Source: Candidatus Poribacteria bacterium
Lineage (GTDB): Bacteria; Poribacteria; WGA-4E; WGA-3G
Direction of reading: 5' to 3'
Assembly (NCBI GenBank): GCA_963665235.2
Contig: CAXXLX010000002.1
Location: 448,001 to 512,000 of the forward strand
Length of the DNA stretch: 64,000 bases
The position numbers were made by a program, and so were the translations under genes. Position 1 is the first letter of the stretch. Every line of letters begins with the position of its first letter. The notes under the pieces were generated by a model. The model did not search any database. It saw only the letters and a program-made list of their open reading frames with translations, and was not told the origin of the DNA. This document shows, one piece after another, positions 49,007 through 60,713 of the stretch.

Positions 49007-49723
49007 ATGCGGCTTCGTGCCTCGCAGCTCACAAAAAATTTTGGGCACAGTACAATTGTCAAAAACGTCGATATCGCAGTTTCCCCTGGGGAAGTGGTTA
49101 CGATTTTCGGACCGAATGGTGCCGGCAAAACGACGCTGCTCAAAATTCTTGCAACCCTCCTCCGGCCGACATCCGGAGGTTTTGATATTGAAGGCATAGA
49201 TGCCGTTGCAGAACCGTTGAAAGTGCGTAAGGCACTTGGCGTAGTCCTCCATGAACCTTTAGCTTACCCGGCTCTGAGCCCTTATGAAAACCTCAAATTC
49301 TTCGGACATCTGTACGGTGTCGCGCGATTAGCGGAGCGATGTACAACGCTCCTTACCGAGGTGGGGTTAAGCCGTTTTGTGCATGAACCCTTGCACATTT
49401 TCTCACGCGGGATGACGCAGCGTTTTATGATAGCCAGAGCCTTACTCCACGAGCCTGTCGTGCTGCTATTTGATGAACCGTTCTCAGGACTTGACACGTC
49501 GGCCAAACAGTTTGTCTTACAGCGCATCGCACAGGAACAGCAGCGGGGAAAAGCGATTATCGTCACAACACACAATATAGAGCTAGGGTATCTTGTGGGC
49601 TCTCGCTTCTGCTTTATGCACAATGGGCAGCTTCATGCTGGTCCAAATAAGTCAGACGTTAATTCAGAAACGTTGTCCCAGTATTACGAGGAAATTTTGA
49701 GCACAACCCCTTCAGCGGCGTGA
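49007..49723 (+). CDS. ccmA: Heme exporter ATP-binding protein CcmA
   Basis: GPNGAGKTTLL, FSRGMTQR, LFDEPF; directly upstream of ccmB. Confidence 0.85.
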   Translation: MRLRASQLTKNFGHSTIVKNVDIAVSPGEVVTIFGPNGAGKTTLLKILATLLRPTSGGFDIEGIDAVAEPLKVRKALGVVLHEPLAYPALSPYENLKFFGHLYGVARLAERCTTLLTEVGLSRFVHEPLHIFSRGMTQRFMIARALLHEPVVLLFDEPFSGLDTSAKQFVLQRIAQEQQRGKAIIVTTHNIELGYLVGSRFCFMHNGQLHAGPNKSDVNSETLSQYYEEILSTTPSAA

Positions 49724-49729
49724 TTCCTT

Positions 49730-50425
49730 ATGAAGGTCCTACGGCAAATTGGATGGCTGATTCGCAAAGACCTTGCTCTGCAATGGCGGGCAAAGGAGAC
49801 ATTCGCGTTAATCTTCGTCTTTAGCATGCTGGTTGTCCTGATTTTCGCTTTCGCTTTTGGACCCATTTTTCCGGAAGAGAAAAGCGAACGTGGCAAACTT
49901 GTCGCCAGCATTCTCTGGGCAACCTTCGCTTTCGCGGGAATTATCACCCTGAACCGTTCGTTTACCTTGGAGCGTACCAACGCTGCCTTGAATGGTATCC
50001 GGCTTACCGGTGTCGATGCCAGCAACTTTTATCTTTCCAAGGTCATTAGCAATCTCATCGTTTTGTCCGTATTAGAAGTTGTGATTACCCCTATTGCGCT
50101 GCAATTCTTGGATTTGCTGGATGCTGTACCTGTAGCCGTATTATTCAAATTGATTGGGGTGCTGTCTATCGGTACGCTCGGTTTTTGTGCTGTCGGGGTG
50201 CTATTAGCGGGCATGTCAACGACCACAAGCGGTGGCGAAAGCCTACTCTCTGTCATTCTATTCCCCCTTGTCATACCCATTATTATGGGCGGTGCGAAAT
50301 GCACCGTCTCGCTCTTGGTAAACGGGACAGTGGATGACAAATTCTGGCTGTATCTGTTAATTGGGTATAGTTTCGTCTTTTTAGCAGCTGCGTATCTACT
50401 CGCTGAGGCTGTTATAGAAGAATAA
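49730..50425 (+). CDS. ccmB: Heme exporter permease CcmB
   Basis: RKDL...R, LNRSF..E, LL.VILFPLVIP; six TMs. Confidence 0.9.
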   Translation: MKVLRQIGWLIRKDLALQWRAKETFALIFVFSMLVVLIFAFAFGPIFPEEKSERGKLVASILWATFAFAGIITLNRSFTLERTNAALNGIRLTGVDASNFYLSKVISNLIVLSVLEVVITPIALQFLDLLDAVPVAVLFKLIGVLSIGTLGFCAVGVLLAGMSTTTSGGESLLSVILFPLVIPIIMGGAKCTVSLLVNGTVDDKFWLYLLIGYSFVFLAAAYLLAEAVIEE

Positions 50426-50482
50426 GTTTGATGACATATATCCCGCCGTCACATATCTACAACCATGTTTGATAGTTGCTAG

Positions 50483-51799
<1,317 letters not shown>

Positions 51800-51866
51800 A
51801 TCCTTGTGTGCCTATTGGGGCAACCCGTGTGTTGTCCCAAAACGTTTTTTTTCAAAGGTATACCTT

Positions 51867-52154
51867 ATGCACATTTTTCGGTTCATTTTATTTCTCATCG
51901 CGCTTGCCCTGCTTTTCGTTAGCGTCACCCAGCTCAGGAACGGATATAGTGATTGGCAAGAGGCACAAGTGCTCAAACAGCGGTATAATGATGAGCTCCA
52001 GATGCTTGAAGTCCAACGCACCCAGCTTAAGCACCGCGTTGAGATGCTGAAAAACGATAGGTTAACCAAGGAGCGTCTCGTCAGAAAACGGTTCGGTTAT
52101 GTCAAACCGGGGGAAATCAAAATTAAGATTGTCAAACCTATTCGTTCTGAATGA
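51867..52154 (+). CDS. ftsB: Septum formation initiator (FtsB/DivIC)
   Basis: TM, coiled coil, ERLVRKRFGYVKPGE; typical position after eno. Confidence 0.85.
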   Translation: MHIFRFILFLIALALLFVSVTQLRNGYSDWQEAQVLKQRYNDELQMLEVQRTQLKHRVEMLKNDRLTKERLVRKRFGYVKPGEIKIKIVKPIRSE

Positions 52155-52184
52155 GCTTGCACATTGAGACGTAAGCCGATCTTC

Positions 52185-52275
52185 TTCTGTAGGCGCGAGC
52201 TGGGCTCGCGATAGTAAGGCGCGGTCTGGGCTCGCGATATTTCTGTAGGCGCGAGCTGGGCTCGCGATATTTCTG
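52185..52275. repeat. Three GTAG-GCGCGAGC-TGG-GCTCGCG REP-like hairpins
   Basis: Copies at 52189, about 52214 (degenerate) and 52245. Confidence 0.85.
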
Positions 52276-52340
52276 ACACTTTATGGGTTATTCCCCTCCC
52301 CTCTGTTCCGCTACTCCGCGCGGTTTTTCCAACAAACGTC

Positions 52341-52369
52341 TTGCAAAATACGAAGATATCTGTTAAAAT
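52341..52369 (+). promoter_or_regulatory. sigma70-type promoter
   Basis: TTGCAA-17-TAAAAT with TG extension. Confidence 0.55.
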
Positions 52370-52462
52370 TGTAGACAGTTTATAGAGAAACGGCCTCGGG
52401 GGTACGTCCCCCTACGTCAAGAAATCTGCGCGCCTACCGGCACGAAATGGAGCGTTAATTTT

Positions 52463-53866
52463 ATGTATAGAGAAAACAACAAGCGAGGACCTTTATCGAA
52501 ATTGATTATCATATCCGCCCTCCTTGTGCTTTTCATTTTGGTTATTAATGCCTTACGCGTAGTTGAGCGGAATGTATTTCAGTCACCTTCACCGCAGGAT
52601 GCGTTTCGTGCATCCCCGTCGCGGGATGCGTTTCAAGTTTCTCCGACGCAGGATGCGTTTCGTGCATCTCCGTCAGAGGTTGATGGGAAAGAGATGCTCC
52701 CCGCATCTGTCCGGCGCCGTGATGCGTTGCGGACAAAACGGTGGCCGGAGGGTTTCCGTCTCCACTGTTATTGGTGGGTCGGCGGAGCGGCAGTTTACGT
52801 CGCGGAGATGGACCGCAAATCGGTACATCTGAAATTTGACGTGGCTCTTGCCAATTCCCAAATTCTCACGCGTGAAACTGTTAGCAGTGCTACACGGAAG
52901 CTTATGAGAAAAGGAGTGCTCCCGTTAGCGGGGGTCAACGGAAGTTTCGGCATTCGCGATGATGGCTGGAGACGAGGCGGTATGATTTTCAATCTCCACA
53001 TTCAAAAAGGGGAGCTCGTTAGTATTCCGAAATTAATTGATAGATGGGGTTATTCACCGCCTTCTCCTTGGGGTGAAACCAGTTTTGGCGTTACACCCGA
53101 TGGTGAGTTTCTCTTGGATGCGGTTCAATTGAACGGAAAACTCTATATCAACGGCGAGATGCTTGCAATTGACGCTATCAACCAGATTTGTGATTCGTCG
53201 TGTCCCGTTGTGCTTTATACCCCTCGGTTTGGCAAAACGACTCTAGCACGTAGGGGTTACGAGTTCACCCTTGAAAACCTTGCCCTTCCGCTCAGAGGAA
53301 AATATGAGAGTCAGTTTGTTGTTACTGATGTCAATCGGAGCGGCAATAGCAGCATTCCGCGCAATGGTGTTGTGCTTGCGATAGAACGCCGCAAGGCACA
53401 AAGGTGGCAAAAGAAGCTCGCTGAAAACACAAGGGGTACCCTAAAAATTGCCCTCACCCCCGAAAAGTGGCAAACAGTTCCCGATGGAATAGGCGGAAAC
53501 CTACGGCTCTTACGAGATGGCGAAATTGAACCGGAATTGGTTGAATTTGCACGTACTGGCGGCAGAAGTGCTTACAATCATTCAAACGCTGCCCGCCGGA
53601 ACCCCCGGAGTGCCCTCGGATTTAACGATGAAAAACTCTTCCTAATCGTTGTTGATGGCAGAAGCCCCGGGCACAGCATGGGGATGTCCCTCTATCAAAT
53701 GGCAGATTTTTTCAACGACATCGGCATCAAGCACGCCATTAACTTCGATGGCGGCAGCTCTTCTGCCTTGTGGGCATTAGGCAGTGTTGTCAACAGATAC
53801 GCTCACCCTCATGAGCGTCCTATCTTCAACGTAGCTATGATTTGTGCAAGAGAAAATAAAAAATGA
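52463..53866 (+). CDS. Phosphodiester glycosidase (NAGPA) family protein
   Basis: AGVNGSF, NPRSALG, VVDGR, AINFDGGSS motifs; N-terminal TM. Confidence 0.88.
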   Translation: MYRENNKRGPLSKLIIISALLVLFILVINALRVVERNVFQSPSPQDAFRASPSRDAFQVSPTQDAFRASPSEVDGKEMLPASVRRRDALRTKRWPEGFRLHCYWWVGGAAVYVAEMDRKSVHLKFDVALANSQILTRETVSSATRKLMRKGVLPLAGVNGSFGIRDDGWRRGGMIFNLHIQKGELVSIPKLIDRWGYSPPSPWGETSFGVTPDGEFLLDAVQLNGKLYINGEMLAIDAINQICDSSCPVVLYTPRFGKTTLARRGYEFTLENLALPLRGKYESQFVVTDVNRSGNSSIPRNGVVLAIERRKAQRWQKKLAENTRGTLKIALTPEKWQTVPDGIGGNLRLLRDGEIEPELVEFARTGGRSAYNHSNAARRNPRSALGFNDEKLFLIVVDGRSPGHSMGMSLYQMADFFNDIGIKHAINFDGGSSSALWALGSVVNRYAHPHERPIFNVAMICARENKK

Positions 53867-54273
53867 AACGAAGATATGCGTTAGGATTAATCTTATTGCT
53901 ACTTGCATGTTCAAATAGGAATACGCCGCGAGCTGTCGCTGAGGATTTCATCTATAATTACTACCAGCACGCTGACCAAGAAGCTGCCCTGCTACTTAGC
54001 CACGGGCTCGCTGCTGAAAAGTTAGAGGATGAAATTGCACGGGTGCAAAGCATACGCGGAACCGACCAGCCGATTCGCAAAATGCCGCAAATTGAGTATA
54101 AGCAGATTGGCGCTGACACCACAAGCGAAACTGAAAACGGAACACACGTGTCGTTCAGTTTTCAATTGGCGATTAAAAACCGCAATGGGACAGCAACCCC
54201 TACCCGAAAGGTTGTGATTACTACAGAAAACATCGCTGGAAATTGGAAAGTTGTTAATTTTGATGAGTACTAA
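53863..54273 (+). CDS. Hypothetical lipoprotein
   Basis: Lipobox LLAC, PRAVAEDF, C-terminal WKV; ATGA overlap. Confidence 0.8.
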   Translation: MKRRYALGLILLLLACSNRNTPRAVAEDFIYNYYQHADQEAALLLSHGLAAEKLEDEIARVQSIRGTDQPIRKMPQIEYKQIGADTTSETENGTHVSFSFQLAIKNRNGTATPTRKVVITTENIAGNWKVVNFDEY

Positions 54274-54345
54274 TGTCGAATTAACGGCAGTATTCTGTTA
54301 TTCATAACTTGGTTTTCATGCATGTTACGGAAGAGGAGTAAACTT

Positions 54346-55085
54346 ATGTCGACTCACATAACAACAGAGCGCATCCGCTATGTTCCAACAGATGTGGATG
54401 ACCTATACCCAGAAACGGATGGTAAACCGATGGCAGCAACAGATATACATAGAAGAATTCTAATATGGGTTTTACAAGTCCTTGAGGCACACTTTGCAAA
54501 GAAGCTGGTGTATGTCTCTGGAGACATAATGATGTATTATGTTCTTAGCGAGTCGGAGACTATTTCGGTGTCTCCAGATGTGCTTATTACCTTCGGGATA
54601 GAACCAAAAGCGCGCCGGGCGTATTGGGTATCTAAACAGCATAATCCGCATCCCGATTTTGTGATGGAGTTCACAAGCAAAGGGACCCATACAGACGATA
54701 CGTAAGATGGAGATTTAAGAACTATTTCCTATATGAAAGGGGTATCTTCCCACGCCGTTGATGGGTTTTGAGTTAGTAGGTAATCGGTATGTCCGTATTC
54801 CTGAGGGTGTAGATGGTGGTATTCATTCCTCTGCCTTGGGTTTAGATTTTCATCTTCGGGATGAATCAGGTTTAGGTATTTATGACCCAGTATTGTCGGA
54901 GTGGCTTAGGACTCCCGCTGAAGCGGCGATTGCGTGCGGAACAGGAAGCTGCACGTGCTAATCAGGAAGCCGCACGTGCTGCGCAGGAAGCTATTGACCG
55001 GCAGGCTGCCGAGACGCGCGCTGCGCAGGCAGAAGCAGAAGTTGCAAGTCTCCGAGAAGAGCTTGACCGCTTGCGAACACGCTAA
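54346..55085 (+). pseudogene. Uma2-family endonuclease, frameshifted copy 1
   Basis: YPETDGKPMA, VSPDV, PDFVMEF, then LMGFEL...GLGIYDP and an AEAEVA..REEL..LR coiled tail in shifted frames. Confidence 0.85.
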
Positions 55086-55087
55086 TA

Positions 55088-55629
55088 CGGAAGAGGAGTA
55101 AACCGACTCACATAACAACGGAGCGCATCCGCTATGTCCCTACAGGTGGATGACCTATACCCAGAAACGGATGGTAAACCGATGGCAGGATATACACAGA
55201 AGAATTCTAATATGGGTTTTACAAGTCCTTGAGGCACACTTTGCAAAGAAGCTGGTGTATGTCTCTGGAGATATAATGATGTATTATGTTCTTAGAGTCG
55301 GAGACTATTTCGGTGTCTCCTGATGTGCTTATTACCTTCGGGATAGAACCAAAAGCGCGCCGGGCGTATTGGGTATCTAAACAGCATAATCCGCAGATTT
55401 TGTGATGGAGTTCATGAGGATGATCTTCTGGGATGAATCGGAAGGGTTTAGGTATTTATGACCCAGTATTGTCGGAGTGGCAGTATTTAGAACTCCCGCG
55501 GAGGCGGCAACTTTGCGTGCTGAGCAGGAGGCTATTGACCGACAGGCTGCCGAGGCACGCGCTGTGCAAGCAGAAGCGGAAGTCGCACGTCTCCGAGAAG
55601 AGCTTGAACGCTTGCGAACACACCGATAG
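55088..55629 (+). pseudogene. Uma2-family endonuclease, deleted tandem copy 2
   Basis: Near-identical to copy 1 from ACGGAAGAGGAGTAAAC onward, with small deletions, loss of the start codon and loss of most of the middle. Confidence 0.85.
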
Positions 55630-55638
55630 CACACGATA

Positions 55639-55764
55639 TAACGGCAATATTCTATAGAATGCAAGAAGTGCACTATGAAAACTGGAAGAGTTGCTGAATA
55701 CCAAATTAACGGCAATATTCTATAGAATGCAAGAAGTGCACTATGAAAACTGGAAGAGTTGCTG
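55639..55764. repeat. 58-bp direct duplication of the dehydrogenase 5' region
   Basis: Identical TAACGGCAAT...GAGTTGCTG at 55639-55696 and 55707-55764. Confidence 0.92.
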
Positions 55765-56852
55765 TCTTCACACAACCGGAGACCCCACTATCATTCCGTG
55801 AATACCCAATCCCATCTGTCGCAGCGGACGACATGCTTGTGCGTATCCGAATGTCGAATATCTGCGGCTCCGATTTGCATTTTTGGCGGGGCCACGGGCC
55901 TAAAATCGAAAGTGACATTCCGCAGGTGCTGGGCCACGAAATGATTGGCACTATTGAAGCGATGGGACGAAATGTTCGGACCGATAGCCTCGGTCACCGC
56001 TTAGTCGAAGGGGACAGAATCGTTTACTCCTACTTTAAACCGTGTCAGCACTGCTGGGTGTGCCTTAACGGAAAACCGGGATGTCCCAACCGCTACCGGG
56101 ATTGGCTCGGCGTTTCGAGCGAACAACCACCGCACTTCCACGGTGCGTACGGCGAATACTACTACATGAAGCGAGGGCATTGGGTTTTCAAGGTGCCCGA
56201 TGAACTGCCGGACACGCTTGTGTCACCGATTAACTGTGCCTTGTCGGAAGTCATCTATGGGCTCAACCAAATCGGCATCACCCTCGGTGACACGGTTGTT
56301 ATACAAGGAGCGGGTGGACTTGGCCTTTACGCCACTGCGGTTGCAAGGGAGATGGGGGCGGGGCAAATCATCGTCCTCGACCGCCTACCAGCGCGGCTAA
56401 CACTCGCGCAGGAGTTTGGCGCGGACATCACACTCAACGTCGACGAAATAGATATGAAGGCACGCGTCGATTACGTTTTGGAACAGACGCAAGGTATTGG
56501 GGCAGACCTGGTTGCAGAGTTTGTCGGCTCTCCGCGTGTCCTCAGTGAAGGCGTAGAAATGCTCCGATGGGGCGGCCGTTATCTCTGGATTGGAAACATT
56601 AACATCGGGTTTCCAACCGAAATTGACCCGGGCAATATCGTGCGGTGTAGCAAAACCATTCGCGGGGTCATCGTTTACGAACCGTGGGTTATCCCGCGTG
56701 CACTCAATTTTTTAAGCCGCACTCGACACAAATATCCGTTCCACAAAATCATCTCTAATACCTTCCCGTTTGATGAGATTAACGAAGCCTTTTCTTATGC
56801 GGATAGCGGCGCGGCGATTCGGGTCGGATTAGAATTTGACGCGGTTTGTTAA
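55743..56852 (+). CDS. Zinc-binding (MDR) alcohol dehydrogenase
   Basis: ICGSDLH, LGHE, CxxCxxC...C structural Zn site, GAGGLG. Confidence 0.93.
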   Translation: MKTGRVAVFTQPETPLSFREYPIPSVAADDMLVRIRMSNICGSDLHFWRGHGPKIESDIPQVLGHEMIGTIEAMGRNVRTDSLGHRLVEGDRIVYSYFKPCQHCWVCLNGKPGCPNRYRDWLGVSSEQPPHFHGAYGEYYYMKRGHWVFKVPDELPDTLVSPINCALSEVIYGLNQIGITLGDTVVIQGAGGLGLYATAVAREMGAGQIIVLDRLPARLTLAQEFGADITLNVDEIDMKARVDYVLEQTQGIGADLVAEFVGSPRVLSEGVEMLRWGGRYLWIGNINIGFPTEIDPGNIVRCSKTIRGVIVYEPWVIPRALNFLSRTRHKYPFHKIISNTFPFDEINEAFSYADSGAAIRVGLEFDAVC

Positions 56853-56855
56853 AAC

Positions 56856-57980
56856 ATGGCATCCTCTGTATACATACACATCCCTTTTTGCACGACGAAA
56901 TGCTACTACTGCGCCTTCAACACCTATGTTTTCAACGCGGAGCAGGCGGAGGCATACCTACGAGCCCTTCGAGCGGAGATGGCACTCTACGTCTCAGACA
57001 CTATCCCGTTGAAGACGGTTTTCATTGGTGGCGGCACCCCTTCAATTCTTTCCGCAAACGCATTGACACAGCTCTTTGCGGACCTGCACACACACTTTGA
57101 GATTGGACCGGACGCTGAGATTACTGTAGAATGTAACCCGGGCACCGTTGACACAGCGAAATTAAAGGTGATGCGGACCGCTGGAGTCAACCGCCTCAGT
57201 TTCGGGCTGCAAGCGATGCAGGATGAGATGCTGAGGCAGCTCGGCAGGATTCACACTGTAGCGGAATTTCTTCACAGTTATCGCCTCGCCCGCGAATCCG
57301 GTTTTGATAACATCAACATCGACCTGATTTTCGCGCTGCCGAAGCAGACAGGGACAGCCTGGGGCTATACCTTACACCGCGTCCTTTCCCTCGCGCCTGA
57401 ACATATTTCGGTCTATAATCTCGTCATGGAGGAGGGAACGCCTTTTTATGAACAGTGGAAAGCCGGGGAGCTGCACCTTCCCGCTGAAGAAACCGAGGCA
57501 GATATGTTCCAGGATGCCATTGATACCCTAACCTCACACGGTTACGAGCATTATGAAATCAGCAATTTTGCCCTGCCGACCCGCAGGGGAAGACACAATC
57601 TTGTTTATTGGAACAATCAGTCGTGTATCGGTTTAGGGGCGGGCGCGTCCGGGTATGTAGATGATGTGCGTTATACCAACATTCGGGGTATTCTGTCTTA
57701 TATCAACGCGCTTCGGCATCACAACAAACCGATTGCCAACGCCGAACGCTTAACAGGATACACAAAGAAGGCAGAAACATTAATGCTTGCCCTTCGCAAA
57801 CGCGAGGGTATCTCGCTCGCAGCGTATCAACGCCGTTTTGGAGAGGAGCTTGATGTTACGTTCGGAAATATGCTTGAGAAATGGCATGGCTATCAGTTGT
57901 TAGAACGGACTGCTACCCATCTGCGGCTCACTCCCCGTGGGCTCTTCCTCGCCAACGAGGTTTTTATGGAATTGCTATGA
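56856..57980 (+). CDS. hemW: Radical SAM heme chaperone HemW
   Basis: YIHIPFCTTKCYYCAF, GGGTPS, YEISNF and HNLVYW motifs. Confidence 0.92.
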   Translation: MASSVYIHIPFCTTKCYYCAFNTYVFNAEQAEAYLRALRAEMALYVSDTIPLKTVFIGGGTPSILSANALTQLFADLHTHFEIGPDAEITVECNPGTVDTAKLKVMRTAGVNRLSFGLQAMQDEMLRQLGRIHTVAEFLHSYRLARESGFDNINIDLIFALPKQTGTAWGYTLHRVLSLAPEHISVYNLVMEEGTPFYEQWKAGELHLPAEETEADMFQDAIDTLTSHGYEHYEISNFALPTRRGRHNLVYWNNQSCIGLGAGASGYVDDVRYTNIRGILSYINALRHHNKPIANAERLTGYTKKAETLMLALRKREGISLAAYQRRFGEELDVTFGNMLEKWHGYQLLERTATHLRLTPRGLFLANEVFMELL

Positions 57981-58041
57981 GGGCATTGGCAAATGGCGGG
58001 TGGCAACTTAGGTTACAAATAGTCCATAGCCGTTCCGCCTA

Positions 58042-58902
58042 TTAATCATCGGATTTCGGAATCGATAGGATGTCGCGTTCGACTTCGTGGACCTTGTCGG
58101 GGAATGTCTCGCCGCGAATCCACATCACAGGTTGGCCCCACCCCGCTGCTTCGGGACGCGCCCATTCTGCCTGAGCACTCAGATAATGTGAAACATAGCA
58201 GCGGCGGAACCGTAGACTGTGATTGTCCATGCTCTTATGTAGGAGATGACTGTGAAACCAGATTACAGCGCCGGGCGGCACCTCTACTGCGACACCATCT
58301 TCATCTCGTACACCGCGTGCTAATTTGAACTCTCGTTGTTGTGAACCTTCAAGGTCATCATGCTCAAAGATATCGCCTTTGTGACTGCCGGGGATGACGT
58401 AGAGACAACCGTTCTCTTTATTTGCTGCATCAATCGCTGTCCACGTCCCGACGGTTGTTTCTGTGTTAAATCGCCTGCGGAAGTAAAACTTATCTTGGTG
58501 CCAGGGAAAACCGAGCCCAATCTTAGGGGATTTCCAGATAAACAGGTTGTTAATACCGAGGATATCCGGACCGAGTAGGTCAACGAGAGGGTCGGTGAGA
58601 CGCGGGTCACGGACGCGCGCAAGGAATTCTGGGCAGTAGCAGCTCGGATGATGAATCTTATGCATCGCATAGATGCCGGACTCCTCCACTTTCCCATCCC
58701 TGACGAGGGCATTCTGATCGATATGGGCGGATGGAAACGGACGTTTTCCATCAACGATGTCTTCTGCAACTTGCCGGAGTATATCGTTTTCTTCTTCGGT
58801 GAACACGTCTAAGCGAATCAGATAGCCGTTCTCGTTCCAGTGTGCAAGTTCGTCCGGGTTCAACCTGAAATCCTGTGTTTGTGACATTGATTCTGTATTC
58901 AT
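58042..58902 (-). CDS. Phytanoyl-CoA dioxygenase (PhyH) family 2OG-Fe(II) oxygenase
   Basis: WHQD, WTAID, NGCLYVIPGSH and LLHKS..N motifs; start after GGAGG. Confidence 0.9.
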   Translation of the reverse strand: MNTESMSQTQDFRLNPDELAHWNENGYLIRLDVFTEEENDILRQVAEDIVDGKRPFPSAHIDQNALVRDGKVEESGIYAMHKIHHPSCYCPEFLARVRDPRLTDPLVDLLGPDILGINNLFIWKSPKIGLGFPWHQDKFYFRRRFNTETTVGTWTAIDAANKENGCLYVIPGSHKGDIFEHDDLEGSQQREFKLARGVRDEDGVAVEVPPGAVIWFHSHLLHKSMDNHSLRFRRCYVSHYLSAQAEWARPEAAGWGQPVMWIRGETFPDKVHEVERDILSIPKSDD

Positions 58903-58933
58903 AAAAACCTCCTGTTTGTTCCAATTTACCTTT

Positions 58934-60559
58934 TTAAGGAATTGTAACGGGCAGTTTTCCTGTTGCCTGTCTTTTGCCGAATAATACCTCCATAGCAGCG
59001 ACAAGAGAATAGGTGTTTCCATTGTAGGCAGCGATAGCGCAGGCAACATCAGGACATTTGCCAAGTAGATATGGCGATGTGATAGAAACAACTACAATCG
59101 GAACGCCAGTTTTTTGGCTTAACTGGTGAATCAGGTTAGCTTGCTGCACATTGGCAATTCCTGCCACAATAACCGAAGTTTTCGTTTGTAAGAATTCATG
59201 TATTGTCTTCTGTGCGTCCGCTTGAAGTGGAAGCAAAACATCTGATATGTTAGTGAGGTCAGTATGTGCCCTGAAGAAAGCTTTTGAAAACGCCCGCGAT
59301 GGACTGATAAGTAAAACCTGTTCCTGTGGTGCCTCCGCTAAAGGAAGGAGCCCGTCGGTGTTCTTAACAAGAGTTATTGCCCGTGTTGCAATAGTTTCCG
59401 CGATTTTTCTATGTGCTGTACTTCCGACACGTGAAAGGTTTTCATCGCCAGATGTGCGTTCAAAAAGTCCCCAGGTGTTTTTAGTTTTTAAGATACGGCG
59501 GACTGCGGTGTTGAGGTGCGTTTCGGAAATATCTCCGCTCCGGACCGCCTGGCGGAGTGCGTTATAAACGCGCTGCTGTTTTTTCAAGGTGCCGGACATG
59601 AGTACGATATCGGCACCTGCCTGAATAGCTAAGACCGCGGCGTTGCCGATTTCGTATTGGGCATCAATCGCCTGCATCTCCATATCATCGGTAATGATGA
59701 GCCCTTCAAAACCGAGCTGTTGGCGGAGGAGTTTTGTAAGTATTTTGTGTGAAAGCGTCGTTGGCAGTTCATCGTCAAGCGCGGGGTAGAGGATATGTGC
59801 TGACATAATCGCCGCGACCCCGGAGGCAATCGCTGCACGAAACGGAACAAGTTCAACGGTGCTGATTCGTTCCTTTTCATGTGTAACAATCGGCAGATTT
59901 TTGTGCGAGTCAACGTCGGTATCCCCATGTCCGGGGAAATGTTTAGCTGTGGCCATGACTCCGTTGCGTTGTAGTCCTCGGATGTAGGCTTTGCCAAGTT
60001 GGGAAACAAGTGTGGGGGATTCACCATAGGCGCGAACGCCGATGACCGGGTTGCGTGGGTCCGTGTTGACATCCATCACTGGAGCGAAATTGAGATTAAC
60101 GCCAACGGCTGCTAATTCAATAGCGGTGAGTTCACCCGCTTTTTCTGCCAGTGCCTGCGAACCGGTTGCACCTAATGCAAGATTGCCAGGCAGTACTGTT
60201 GCACCTTTCTCCAACCGGACGACATTTCCGCCCTCTTGGTCTATTGCCATAAATAGCGGAATAGCGTTCGGGGTCTGTTGTGCAACCTGCTGGAGTCCCG
60301 CTGTCAGCGCGGCTACCTGTTTCGGAGTTTGGATATTCCTTCCGAAGAGGATAAATCCGCCTACAAATCGTTTGGTGATATGTGCTTCAGCTACCGAACT
60401 TACCTGTTTCCCACCGATACCGACGATAAGGAGTTGCCCAATCTTTTCGGCTACGGACATTCTATTGAGGCGCATATCTATTTCTGCATCGGTAAGGGCG
60501 CGGGCAGGCATTGCAACGCAAAGGATTAAGAATAGAGATAAGAGAAGTTTGAAGTTCAT
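58934..60559 (-). CDS. nagZ: Exported GH3 beta-N-acetylhexosaminidase
   Basis: IDQEGG, KHFPGHGD...DSH and ITDDMEM motifs; signal peptide. Confidence 0.9.
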   Translation of the reverse strand: MNFKLLLSLFLILCVAMPARALTDAEIDMRLNRMSVAEKIGQLLIVGIGGKQVSSVAEAHITKRFVGGFILFGRNIQTPKQVAALTAGLQQVAQQTPNAIPLFMAIDQEGGNVVRLEKGATVLPGNLALGATGSQALAEKAGELTAIELAAVGVNLNFAPVMDVNTDPRNPVIGVRAYGESPTLVSQLGKAYIRGLQRNGVMATAKHFPGHGDTDVDSHKNLPIVTHEKERISTVELVPFRAAIASGVAAIMSAHILYPALDDELPTTLSHKILTKLLRQQLGFEGLIITDDMEMQAIDAQYEIGNAAVLAIQAGADIVLMSGTLKKQQRVYNALRQAVRSGDISETHLNTAVRRILKTKNTWGLFERTSGDENLSRVGSTAHRKIAETIATRAITLVKNTDGLLPLAEAPQEQVLLISPSRAFSKAFFRAHTDLTNISDVLLPLQADAQKTIHEFLQTKTSVIVAGIANVQQANLIHQLSQKTGVPIVVVSITSPYLLGKCPDVACAIAAYNGNTYSLVAAMEVLFGKRQATGKLPVTIP

Positions 60560-60713
60560 GAAAAATTGCACCTCCCTAATAGGTGTTATCGGTAATTAGA
60601 TTGGCAATTGGCTGTTGGCTTCGCTGGTTATTGGAAACCTATGGAAACCGTTAGAAACTGTTAGAAAGAGAAGAGGTCTCCTATATTTCTTGCTAATTGC
60701 TAATCGCCAATCG

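Noticed and set aside
52375-52462. Riboswitch in the NAGPA leader
   Set aside because: Only a small GGGGG-TACG-TCCCC hairpin is evident and I recognise no riboswitch consensus; an Rfam scan would settle it.
54346-55629. Diversity-generating retroelement TR/VR pair
   Set aside because: Differences are mainly deletions and non-adenine-specific substitutions; no reverse transcriptase in the window.
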